From assembly GCA_040954595.2 (NCBI GenBank), contig CM082581.2:7772059-7836058 (forward strand): a DNA stretch of 64,000 nt, written 5' to 3'. Below are positions 27,825 to 41,000 of the stretch, piece by piece. How positions within the stretch are numbered: position 1 is the first letter of the stretch; each line of letters opens with the position of its first letter. The stretch is from Balanoglossus misakiensis (taxonomy: Eukaryota > Animalia > Hemichordata). The position numbers were made by a program, and so were the translations under genes. Under the pieces are notes generated by a model that was not told the origin of the DNA, did not search any database, and worked only from the letters and a program-made list of their open reading frames with translations.

Positions 27825-28925
27825 ATGACCAGTTCGCTTGCTGCCAGCAAACGCGAGCTACCTCGCGACGTTCTGATGTCGAAATGCGCTACCCGTGAAA
27901 TGAACATCAACAACTCGGTTGAGAAGATGCGTTTCCTGAGAAATTCGAGAAATATCGAGAAGGAGCTTCGGTCGCAAGAACATTACTTGAGCAGAACGCA
28001 GCAGCATTTCAGGCGCAGGAATGAAGAACTGCTACAGCAGAGGCAGAGAGCAGGGCGTTGTAAAGCCGAGCTGTTTAGCAGTCAAAACAACGCAATGGCA
28101 CATGTGAAAGTACCCGTCATTGAGGCCAGCCCGTACGAACTAGACGTGTCCATGTCCTTATGTGACCAGAGGTCAATAAAAACCGACGTTATCTCATGTT
28201 CCACGCCGCTGGGGTCAACAACAAGTAAATACAGACATGCGTTACTTGGGCAGCAAAAAGATGAAATTGATACCATTGATCCAGTGAAAATCGTCGTGAC
28301 GTCTTCCCGGAAAGATAGGTCGGGGAGTGGTGGTGGTGGAGTTACCGCGAGCACCATTTCTTCCTGTCAGAAAGCATCTCACAGACAGGGACTTGTCAGC
28401 AAAGACCGGGAAGCCGAGCTTCTCAGCGCTCTCATCATAACGCCGTTGAAAACGTACGTCCCCGTGGTGGACCGAGACATCAAGACTGGGGCGCAGCTGA
28501 AGTTGCAAGAGTTTCTCGATCGGGCCACGATGGAATCGAAACCAGCTACTCCTCTGTCATACAAGGAGGAAAAGCAGCGAAGGTTTAGTCGAGTCTACGG
28601 ACCCGAGAAGCCGGCTCCCACGAAACTGGTCAACGTCACCCCGCGAAGCTCTTTTTCGGAGAGCGAAGTGCGCAAGGAAAGTCCGTTGGTTCTGCCTCCT
28701 ATCATTTTGCCACCAATTCACGAATGTCCGCCAAGACAGCCCCGGCCGATGTCTTGGCACTACGTCGACCGGCGGAAACTTGAGAAGGGTGTCAACGATG
28801 AAGATTGGGAAAAGCTGAAACTTTGTCGATATCTGAGAGTTCGGCCAACGAACAGTGACCCCGGGTTTTCTCCAAGGGACTGGAACGATAATAATTGTAC
28901 AAAAGTGCTCGCACTTTCAGAATGA
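27825..28925 (+). CDS. Uncharacterised ~366-aa single-coding-exon protein: N-terminal coiled coil, Ser/Pro-rich middle, C-terminal WEKLKLCRYLR motif; loosely CCDC190-like
   Basis: Long stop-free ORF with coding-like GC in AT-rich surroundings; first in-frame ATG at 27825. The family resemblance is from memory of the motif only. Confidence 0.7.
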   Translation: MTSSLAASKRELPRDVLMSKCATREMNINNSVEKMRFLRNSRNIEKELRSQEHYLSRTQQHFRRRNEELLQQRQRAGRCKAELFSSQNNAMAHVKVPVIEASPYELDVSMSLCDQRSIKTDVISCSTPLGSTTSKYRHALLGQQKDEIDTIDPVKIVVTSSRKDRSGSGGGGVTASTISSCQKASHRQGLVSKDREAELLSALIITPLKTYVPVVDRDIKTGAQLKLQEFLDRATMESKPATPLSYKEEKQRRFSRVYGPEKPAPTKLVNVTPRSSFSESEVRKESPLVLPPIILPPIHECPPRQPRPMSWHYVDRRKLEKGVNDEDWEKLKLCRYLRVRPTNSDPGFSPRDWNDNNCTKVLALSE

Positions 28926-31900
28926 TGATACCAACTTCACAGGGTGTTGAATCTTCAGACTGATCGTTGATGTGAAGAAATCGCAGTTATTTTGACTCCT
29001 GTTTTAGTATCATACGAGTTGAAACATGCTTCATTTGAAGCAGACAAAAACACTTTACTATCTCTGTGGTTCAGTGTAAACATATTTCCCAAGGCATACC
29101 AGTGTCTTCATTAATGATTTTTGTAAGAACACTGATGAACATAACCAGAGTGAATTTTTAACAAATGTTGAAGAAAAGTCGACGTTTTTGAGCTTGAAAG
29201 TTGAATTGGTTGGTATTAGATTTTGATTAAGATAAGATAATCCATAGTTTACTTCACTTTGTAAGTATGATAAATTAACACTTCAAAATTAAAGGTCGTT
29301 ATTGATGAATACTAGAAGTGTTATTTCTTGGAATTCGTTTCTGGTCAAATGCGTTTTCAGGACAGGAAGTTTTGTTTCATGTCAGATTCTCGGGACAGCG
29401 AACTGCGAAGTTTTGTTAGCATCATGAAATGTTGAAATCTGGCAGATCCAGATGTATAGATTGAAATGTCTCAAACGTCCAGTAACAATCACGAGTTAAT
29501 GGAATGTTCTGTTCCATTTAAATATCATTTGCTCTTGTTAGGTTTTAACTTCAAGTGCAGTCTATAATCTTATAAGTTCTTCACAGCCTGCCAAGAAGTT
29601 TATGAGCATGACTACACCTGACATAGGTGGTACTCTGAGCATGTGTAATGACTGATAAGCAAAGTGGTTGAGGTCTCATGAGTCAAGTTCAATATTTGCA
29701 TTGTTGTAACGCTAAGGTACTACAGCAGTTAAGTAAACCAGGTAACACCTTGCACTAAGTATGGCAAATGTTGTGTTGCTAGAATGCTTGGATAGTGATG
29801 TGATGTTTTCGTTGTCTTGAGTGGGTTTTTAAGGTCAAACCCCAGTTGTCAAATCCGGTTGGTTTTGTTTCACATAACAATACTTGAATTTGCTGACCAA
29901 GGAATGACTATCTGCTTAGCTATTTTTTCGCATGCAGCAGCCTTTAGTTCATAAAGTTGTTTTGAGCGTCATTAAACCCCAACTTTGCCAGCATATGTTC
30001 AACATTGTTCAAATCATTTCTACAAGGCGTTTTGCCATACCCGCCGTTGGAGGCGACATTTAAAATTCTTGAACTGAGCATACTGTCCTACATGTCAGAA
30101 CTGACTCTCACGCTCTTTGCCACAGGTGCGAACCAGTCGGGCAATGTTTGCACGTTTTAATATATATTTAGATTTTATTTTATTGCGAACAAGTGTTTTG
30201 CTAATTAATTTATAATTCGACATATCCGATTGGTTAATGACAAAAACAGGTAGACCGCGACAGTTGGGATTGGTCAGTACGTTGCGTTCTGCACTTTGAA
30301 CAGGTGATGTGTGCAACGAAGAGGCTCCAGATAATTTGCATTGACCAGGCGTTGACCCTATAACGTTTGTCAATGCTGTTGATCAGTCCACAAGTTAATC
30401 CAATTGATCATATATTTTCTCGTGTGCGGCGATATTCAGTAATTTTCCTCAAGGGAAAAAGTCATGATCATACCCGTTGTATAATGTTCAAAGGCGCAAA
30501 AGTAAAAACAAACAATGAACAAAAATCGCCGGCATATAAGAGGAAATTGTTAAGCAAAATTCTTGGCATGATCTTTTCTCAGCCCTATTTCTTTCGCGTT
30601 GGGCAGCCTTTATGTCGGTCATGATGTTGATGGCGTCCAGTCCTAGAAAAACCTCCAAAACTCCGCATATATTATACGAGTATTCCTAAAGCGCTATCTG
30701 GTATTTTCTCGTGTCCGGCAGACGCGCATGAGTAATTTCCCTCGCTAGGAAAAAATATCACATACGGCACAAAATGGCACAAAAGTAAAATTAATTTACC
30801 AAAACTAGCCCGCACGCGAGATGAAATTTGCTGAGCAAAATCCCTCGAACGACTTTTTGCACAGCTAATTTCTCTCGTTGAAAATAGTATTTGTTGGATG
30901 CGATAAACTTTAATTGTCACTGAGTGAAGGATAAAAATACCCTGATCAGCCAGAATTATTGCAATAATATCTGATATGTACCAGAAATACACTTTTTACA
31001 ATCAAAACGTGCTGAGAAAAGCTCGCTCAATTTAATCGTGTTTTATTCTCATGATTTATTTTTTTCTGGTCGTCGTTTCGTTTCAATCCTCCGGCTTCAA
31101 CAGATCAAACAAATGTGTATTCCAAAGGCTAGTACAGGTAGGCTTATATGTCTTATTGTGTACGCGTTTGCATTTTTGTATCAGTATTTGTGTAATGCGT
31201 ATATGTTCTGTGTACTTTCCCAGATGTGCCATGCATATAAAGTTTAATTGGTCAGTTTTTGGATGTATAGACTAATGCATGTACATTTTGTATTGAATTG
31301 AACTGAATGCGTTGCCTGGTAAAACAACTGAGCATGGCACTCGTACCAAGACTATAGCCACAGAGGGCGTTAATTGATCAACTTCAGAAATTGGTGTTGG
31401 CCAAAATCATTACATTGTCTTTTCTAATTCTGCCCACGTTGGATCCAGCATCAAAATGAAAGTGAATATGAGTAGGTTGGACAGTTGGTTAAAGAAAGAT
31501 CGCCTGTATAACACAGTTAGTATGAGAAATTCACCACAGTGTGTACAATAAAACTGTGTTCGTCTTGTACACCACGCTCACGTTCAAAAACCGCCTTGAA
31601 AACTTACGACTCTGGTACCTCCCCGGTGTGACGTAACTTCACACAAAATAAATCGTGACGTTGGTCTATCAATGGGCATTGTAATTCAAATAATGTTTGC
31701 CTTTGGCTTTAAGCGTAAATCCATGTCTGCCCCGGAGAGAAAGTTATCCTAGTCACCACATTTGCGTTGGAACTCGGTGCGGTCGACAACTGACGATCGA
31801 GTGGACGTGGGCTGACGTAATTACTCGGAGAAGGGAGTGGGCATGCAAGAATATACTACCACAGGGCTTCTGCGGGGAAGAACTAGGGAAGTATAATAGC

Positions 31901-32040
31901 ATATACATGTACCTACCACTCTATGCATGTGTCACATTGAATATACTAAGTAACACCTATTTAATGCGTGGTTCAGCTATTAAGACGAGCCTAGCTGGGT
32001 AAGCAGTGCGCTTTAACATCACGCGACCGTCTTGAGAAGC

Positions 32041-35000
32041 ATGTGTGCGTTCCGGACGTTTTTCGCCGTTGTCATAGTGACGAGTGGCTTTTGCAGTACA
32101 GGAATATACGCCGTGAAAGATCTCAAGCGACCGGACAAAGTGAATTACAGAAACCACGTCTTTCCCGAGAGCGGATCAATCGCTGTCCGACGCCGTTGGT
32201 GGGAGAACCAACGTGCGCATTTTTTTTGCCCGAAAAATTCTTTCATCGAGAGGGTCACCTACAACTTCGGGACGACATGGGCGCTGCGAAAAGACTGGGA
32301 ATACCGCGGGCTCGAAGCTCGACCGAGCACCGCCGTTGAGACGCAGCTCATCGTGAAAGTGGCAGGATCGAATAATAATAATAATAACACCACGTCGACA
32401 CTCAAGCGGTACAACCGAAACATGACGGAGGAGCAGGCCCTGAAGAACTCAGTGCCCCAGTGCAGCGGACTCCTGCACTGCCTGGGACACCAGGCGTGCG
32501 TGTTCAAAGTCACCGTGGAATTCTGTGGAATCGACGCGTACCCGCACTCGCACAACGAAGTTTTGGACGTGGTGTTTCAGTGCACGCTCGATTCACACCT
32601 GTACAGACACAACAGAGCCTATCAGTCGAACCGCTTTGCCTGGGTGAGAGATACGAGAGATTCCGTCCTTTCGATGTCATACGAAGAGCATGCTTCTAAA
32701 TCAGACACGATTATACTCCATAAAAATTATTTTCGGGAAAGTGACATTTTTGAGCTTGATTGCCCACCGGCTGAAGATGCGTTAAAATACGGGTAAGTGT
32801 TAAAGCCCAAACCATAGACAGTCTGACAGTGTATGCTTCATAAATATTTAAGTCATGTAGGTGGGAATGGTTCGAAACACTTGATATCCGTGATTCCCAC
32901 AGTATGCACAATCCCTATTATATTTCCCTAGACGAACAATGTGTAATTCTAAATATCATACTCAGAAAAAAATGTTGGCGGAACCATCTCGTACCTCCAT
33001 GGTGGAACGTGTCGTTTTATGAATGTCGTGATTTTAAATGTCTTACCCAGGAATTGTCCCGATGCTACCGACGACAATTGTTGATGCAATAACTACTGAT
33101 TTGCATGACTATAACGCGAATTGTAATGAATTGTAATGCAAATGTTTGTGTCGTTTTCTGAAGCGATATTAGCTTCGTGGCTGCTATCCTTTGGACTCTT
33201 CCACTCAAATCAGATATCGTGGAAGCCATGCATATAGGTGATTAGATTAGGATTTTCCTTTTGGGTAGGGCTTCGTAGAGTGAAATATTTATCAGCCAGG
33301 CCGTCTTTTGAATTTGAGAGTGATTATCTCCATCTAGAAATACAGCTTTAAAAGATGGAAGACCTTAAAGAAGATGCCGCATTTTGGTTGCAGTCATCTT
33401 TAACATTTTTCAGGCTCACTTTTGCGACTTTGTGGGTTAAGTCTTCATAGCCTTGTATGGCTTCAGAAGTTACGTAATTACGTAGTCACGTCACTGATCC
33501 TCAGAAAAAGACATAGCCTAGGCCCCAACTACCCTAGCTCCAATAATTGTAGCCTTGGTGGGTTGGTTGGGTGGGTGGGTGGATTGCGCCTCAGCTGTAC
33601 AATGATGCATCGTGTGCGTCATAGCGACTATACCTGACGAATAATGATTGCAGGATTATGCATAGTGTGTCCAATCCATGTCAAAATTACTGATTCATTC
33701 GGACGTAATATTTAATACTTGTAATCCATGATTTTCAGTTTTAATGTTGGAAAAAATATTTTAATGTTGGAAAATACGAACAGTCAGCCAACATACCACA
33801 TCCACTGGTCTTGGGATGTAATAAATTGTCTGATGTGTGAGCACAACTATAGTCATCATGATTGTACCAGCCGATTATAGGGCCAGTCAGAAATCTATTT
33901 CAGATTGGCTTAATTGCCATATCACCTTTATTCCGTGTCTGGTGTACAAATCACATGGCACTGCCAGAGAGCCAAAGGGAAAAAACTTCTCTTTTCTGTG
34001 AATGACTTGCATTTCTGTAAATTTCATAAGTCTGTTTCTTGTTGTCATGACATTATGTCAACAAATAATCTGTAGTTTCTATACACTCAAACCGTTACTT
34101 CCTTTTTGGATACACACATGTATTCACGTAAGGGGACCTATTCTTCTTCCAGAAACAGGATCAATGGGGACAGAATGACTATAGAGAGATAAAGCTCTTA
34201 TGTAACATTTTTCTTCCCTGTCTTATAATCCCAGAACACTCGACATTTTGTAAGGTTCAACGCTTGATATGACACGGTGCACTATTCAACAGGTGGTTTG
34301 GAATAAAGGCTTCCTCCCATTGATTATTAATTTGCTACAACGGGTCAGATAACTGGGTTCTGTGGCTTGGTTGAGTTGAGGTAACTGCCTCAGAGTTGCG
34401 TTGGGCAGATGATGTAACCCTTACAATGCCCAACATTGGTCCATGCCTGTTGAGTTTTCAGGGGTGACACTATAAAAAAGTGATATGGGAGGGGGGGGGT
34501 GGTTCTTTGGTTGGATGAGCAAATCCCCATGGTAAAACACTTGATATCGATTTTACATATTGGCCGAATTAGAGGGAAAGGCAATTGGAAATTGGTTTCA
34601 AAATGGAGATGGGTGTCAAGATGTCTACAATTGCCTGCCTTTAGGTGACTTTCTATCATGATGAGTTGGCCATCAGTCTGATTAAAATCAGATGTAATGA
34701 TAACAATATCAGTGTAGTCCTCATTGTCTTATTTTCCTTTGGGTTTGTTCCTGCCTCCCTTGGAGGGTTGGAGACAGCAGCTAGTGGAAGTGGAGATCAT
34801 AGAATGAATGAAGGGTTAATAGATCAGAGAGCACATCAATACAATCTGATCAGGTCTACAGGTATACATGGCTTATATCCATGTGTTATTTATATTGAAC
34901 CATTTGCTTGGGTGCGAAACTATGGTGGGTTGTCTACTCAGAAGCAGACAGTACAGTGATAAATTGGTCCATGGAAGGGACATGTTTAAATATATTACCT

Positions 35001-38000
35001 CAGAGACAATATTTATTCAAGTTCATGTGTGCCAAAGTCTGCCTTCCTTTCTCTGTTGACTTTATCACAACCCATTGGATTCATTTCACAAGTGGAACTG
35101 CATTTCAGCTGCAAACTGGCAAAATGCAAAAGAATGTAAATTGCTAAGATTAGGCACTTAGACCAGAAATATCGACATCTTTGCTGCAGTGTAAGGCAAG
35201 CACTTCTAGAAGTCACAAACTATGGAATGTTCGTGAATATCTTGAGGAGTCTGGCAGCGTCGAGAGTTGAGTAGATCAAGTGATAACAGTCGAAATTTTT
35301 GAGTACCATATTTCGAGGTAAATTAAATTTCCTTTAGGAGTCTTCCTGTTTGTGAGAGTTGGCAGGGTGATAAGACTCTGTCGGGTGCACGTCAAAGAGA
35401 TACTTGACAAGATATCACTTGTTTCCCTTAAAGGTGTGTTAGTTTGATTTGCCAATTCACAGATAAGCTTTAATTACTTAGGTTGGCGAGACTGCATTCA
35501 CTTGGAGCTTCCAGGTCTATTAGTACATGTATGGACAGATCTCGTATTTGTGCCTCAGTCATTCATGATGAAGTCAAATGTAACCTTTACGCTTTTATTT
35601 CATCGACGTTGCAATCAAGGTTTCCAATACTGAAATTGCTTATTTTTGGTATGCGAAGAAAGTATGTGTTATAAAGTTCAAAATTCAGTCAAGAAAATCA
35701 TAGTGAAATTTATCGCATCATTATACCTTGACCAATAAGCACTTCTGTGAAGATGTTTTTTTTTCTCATTATAAAGAGACAGTAATTAGAATGATTTAGG
35801 ACATTATGCCCTTACCCAATCTCACCATAGAGGGCATTGTTAGCCAAGTAATGTGGGTCTGTCAATGCACATTTTAAAAATATTTCTTTATTGATGTGAT
35901 ACACAGTCTGATCGGGGCTTATGTAAACATGAAAAATTTATGTTCCTCATCCAAGTGAAAATGATCAAGGCTTATTTTGTCAGACATAACGATGAATAAT
36001 GTAAAACTGCCTCGCAGTATACTTAGGTACGGCATTTCATTTCCAGATTATGTTCTTGAAATTAAAAAGTATTGCTTTTGCTGCATATGGAATTGCGGGG
36101 GAAAATATCTATTGGAAAGTGGTTCCTGCTTTGCCATGAAAGTTTCTCATGACATCTTGATGGCAGTTTTTATTATCATATGAAAAAAAATATTGAATCT
36201 CCCGTAGAAATGATTATCTGTGCTGTCGACAGCGTCATGAATAATCAATGATCAGTCGCCCGAAAAGATCATTCTCAGCAATATCCTGTTGAAATATTGA
36301 TGACGTCGTGAAAAACTAGATTTCTCATCGATTCTCCTGTCATAAAAAAATTCTGTGAACTTTCAATATAATGCTCCCACGTCTCAGCTTCCTTAAAGTT
36401 GATAACATGTTATTGACTTGTGAACAGTTGCTGGACTGATGAAATGTTATACGGACCAAATTTCCATTCTCAGTAAACTAAGACAATGCTGTCCAAACCA
36501 GAATCATTTTATTTTTCAAAGGGAATCACTTGTAAAAATAACAATCAGATTTGTCTTTCTGATTTTTCAGTGGAGAACCTGCCTGTCAAAAAAAAAAAAA
36601 TACATGTACTCTCAATTTTTTCAGTTTCAATTTGTTGTACTTTGTCATAATTCCAAATAAATTGACAATTTTTATCAATTGCAGGTGTAATTATAGAAAA
36701 AATCTGAAATTGATTTTTGCATTAACTAATATGTACTCCCCACAAATGGGAGTAATCAAGCTACACTGTTTGCTGATGTAATTGACCTCTCATATTTAAC
36801 TTCCAATCTTTCTTTCATCTAGGATAATGTGTGCTTGATAGCTATTATAAAGCAAATCAATATATTGATGTGCGTATACTCAGCATATGACATTTTTTTT
36901 ACTAATTTGGAAACTGTTTCTGATTCTCCCCAACAGGTATGCTGGTGTTTGTAGAAACTCACCTCCCAGCCAGCAGGCTATCACGTACGAAGTCTGGCAT
37001 AAACTTGCGCGGTGAGTGCAGCACATTCTCAGCATGTGCACTTAAGTGCAAAATTGCTTTTGATAAATTAAGTAAAAGCCTCCTCTGTACATACCCACAC
37101 TGAATTTTTTATATAATTTCTGATTTCCCGACAGAACCAAGGTTCCAAGTTGCCAGAAAGAATTGCTGCAGGCGTTTTGTGCCTACAAATACAACAGCTC
37201 AGGGGGGTGTGTCCCTCCAGCTCTTGTTCAGCCTTTGGTAGGTATCATGTTGTTGTCATCAATTTCAATATTTTTAATTTTATTAATAATTATGATATCA
37301 GTGAAAAAAAAGATGAGTACTCTAATATTCTCATATCAACATGAAAAATAAGCAATCCAAATATCCCAAGTGCAAGAATCACTTTGTTATGTCAATACCA
37401 CATCGATATTTGAAAACACAAAATGTACAAACCAGTTAAAAGGAAAACAGTACATGTGCTACAATCGCTTGATTAGTCCTATATTGATTATGTCGGGTTT
37501 CTTGACAGTTGAATGTATTTTGGAAATCCTGTCTACGTGACACTAAAGCCGTTAATTGCAGTGTTTGATAGCCTTAATATGTCTGTACTGACAATACCTT
37601 TGGACAGAAAATGAGCCAGTTTGGCATTACTACCCCTCTTATTGATTCAGCCCAAGGCCTTCAAATCAATAAACAAAAAAAATCAAAGCATGTTGATGAA
37701 TATAGGTTGTAAAATCGTTTTAGTGAAAGATTTCATCTTGGGTTCATTCGAATTTACTATTAAGCCAATAATGGCCACATTTGCATAGATTGTATGGCAA
37801 ATTTTTTCCACTTGTTGCACAAACTATGTATTGTTAAAACATGCACTTAATTTGCTCCCGTGACCTGTTGTCATGTTCATTTTTCTTTCCCTATACCTTT
37901 CAGATTTCAGGGTCGTCACTCGGACAGAAGTCATGGGGCTTCAGTTTCAAAAGTTTACCAAACCCTGGACCCAGGCCAGACATGCAGGAGCACAACCAAC

Positions 38001-41000
38001 GTACGCATTACATTTTAATACTCATACAACAGTATGAGTCCATTAATTTTTACCACATTCCAATTGACTTAGATATAACATGCTTTGGCATGGGTCCTCC
38101 TGAACAGTCAGGGGACAGTGTATCTATAACCCCCCCCTTTAAAACTCCTCATTGAAATTGTGATGTTTTCTTCTTTCAGTCCTCTCACATCCACACGTTC
38201 AACTCATCCCTGCCAGACTAGCCTTTGCCATATTGGTGCACAAAAGTCCAGATGCTGTGGTAAGAATGTGATTATGGTCAAATGACAATCACAAATAAAT
38301 ATAATCATCTATCACAAATTTCACATTTCTTCTGTTGAAAATAGTATGGTTTAAATAAAAATGAATTTCCATTTTATCACCTGTAGATTCATCTGTTAAA
38401 GAGTCTTTATAGAACAGAGCATTATTTTGTGATCCACGTGGATAAAAGGAAAGATTCAGTGAGAACGGTAGGTACAGTTATGCATTTAAGATGAACATTA
38501 CAAGTTGAGTTCCCATCCTCCTCTGGTTGTCAGGTTTTTTTGTACTATACCTTTGCGTCCTAGTGCAAAGAAAATCTGTTTAAATATTTTTCCCATTAAA
38601 GACCTTCACTATTTGCTTTTCAGGATTTAATATGGAAAATCATCAACGCTTTTGGACTGGTTGAGAATATCCGAGTTTTGCCAGTAGAGAGATCATTTAC
38701 AGCGTCTTGGGGATCCTATGAAATTGTTCGTGCAGAACTAGAGGTGAGTTTCGCCTTTATAGTAACATGATTGAAATAATTTTCTTAGGATTCCTGCTAA
38801 AATGGGCTGCATTATGTGTTGTATTACTGTGTTGTACAGCTGGAGATTCTCTGTTATAAGTTGTTCTTTTCTTGCAAATTTATGTAAATTTGTTTACAGT
38901 GCTTTGAAGAGTTATTACAGATGGGACCGTGGGACTTTGCTATTGACCTGAGTGGTGCTGATCTACCATTGAGAAATGTGGATGACATTTCAGCAATGTT
39001 GGCATCAGTCAGAGGTAGTGTATCAGCAACATTATGTTTTTTTACAATGTTCCTATGATTTTTTATAGCAGTAATAAACAAGCAGGAAACATTGCAATAT
39101 TTCAAATGTATGTTAAATTGAAATATTAAAAATGAAAAATACATGTACATGTACTGACAAATTTGATTTTTCCCCCTTTCAAGGGCATACATTTTTTCGT
39201 ACAAATATAAATGGACGCTGGAAGTCCTGGCAGATCTCGCAGCCAAAGTTCAGAACAGTCTGGTACAGCTGTGACTGTCATGTGTTCAATATTTCATCCA
39301 GAGTAATGCCATATTATATAGACATGTACAGTGCATCTCAGTGGGCTGTTTTCAGCAGGTGAGTAAAGATGAAATTATAGGCTTTGGAAATATTTTATTT
39401 TCAGTTCCGTTGATTATGAAATCTATAGGATTGGTATTAGTGAAACATTCAATTAGCTACATTTGTGTAATGAAGATTAATTCTCTTGGAAACTTTTGAG
39501 GAATAATCAGTTTTGTGATGAAAGAACATTTCAATCTTTTGCCCCCCAGGGAAGCAGCAGAAATGCTTGTATCTCCAAGCAGAGAAGGCTTACATCACAT
39601 CCAGTTTTACACTCAAACCAGTCTCATTCCTGATGAATCTTACATGAAGTCAACAATGATGATGTCACATTTGAGGTAGGTATCTGTGGACTAATAAGTA
39701 TTAAGGTGGCTTAATTTTTGAAGTGTGCAATCAATATTCAGCCGGTCTAGGAAGATGACACATCCCATGGTGCAAAGTCACGTGCTGGACCATTTGCAAG
39801 TTTTAGAGCTCTCTCTTATCTAATGCCCATTATGTATATCTAGACTTCTGTTTAAATTAGCCCATTTTTAAATCTCTTTCAGAGATACTATAGTAGGAGG
39901 AAATTTTCATGTCTTTCAACATTTTGCACTGAACGATGAAAAGGGGTTCTGCAGACACTCTGATGATATTGATTTCTGTGGTCAGGTGAGCAAACAATCT
40001 ATTAGTGATATCTAGTTGATATTTAATAATGTGAATTTTTAAAGCATTACACTGAAAGTCACTGGGCATTTGATTTCTGTCTTATGAATGATGAATGAAT
40101 TTATTAGCCTACTACTCATTTGCTAGTACATCTCTGATCAAGTAAAATATATTTTTAGAGTGCTGGTATAAGAATATATGCTGATCATCTTTGGATTTTA
40201 TTTCTTTTGAAAGGGACCCATGGATTTCAAAGATCCCAGCCTACACCATCTCCAGACCAGCTCGTTCTCTTTCATGTTTGCCAGGAAGTTTGATGACAAT
40301 GTGACCAGTCATTTGAGACAGGAACTGGCGAAGTGGAGAAGAGGCGGTTTCTATGACTACGTGAAGGCTGAATACGTCCGACAGGATTTTCTGGAGTATG
40401 TGTTAATTGACTTGTGAGCGTTGATGGCGCTTTTTGCAACATAGACGATCAGGGAGTTTTGTTAACAGTCCATTTCTACATAAAATATCCATCTCTTGAT
40501 AATTGTTTATGTCTAGCTCTGAAAAGCACATGCCTCTATTAAGGTTTTCTGGAAACTGAATTTTGCTCCTAGGTTATTGGCCGAATTGGTTCTTCATAAA
40601 AAGTATGGTTTCCAGTGGCGCAAGTCAGTCCATAAACCGGTTGTGAAAGAGTGGAAACTACTGCCGGTGGCTCGGCCAACAGACGCCTGCTGCCAAGCCG
40701 TCTTCAGCACCAGAAACCCTATGGTTCAGAATAAAAGATATTGGGTCGACTTCGACGTGGTGAGTGGGCTTGGTTCTGCCTCGTACATGAGCACGCATCC
40801 ATTGTGGATTGGACATGTGCTATACACTCAGATATCTACCTCAGAGTTTCTGTTGCCGTTCAAGACAAGGACGAAACAGATGATGAGGTTGGAACTCACA
40901 GTGTTCCAACAACCGCACTGTACTTTGGTTTTGCATCACCAGTGTCTACTCATTGGATGTTTGTACAGGCCAATTGCTTTTATTCATATTGGGTAACAAA

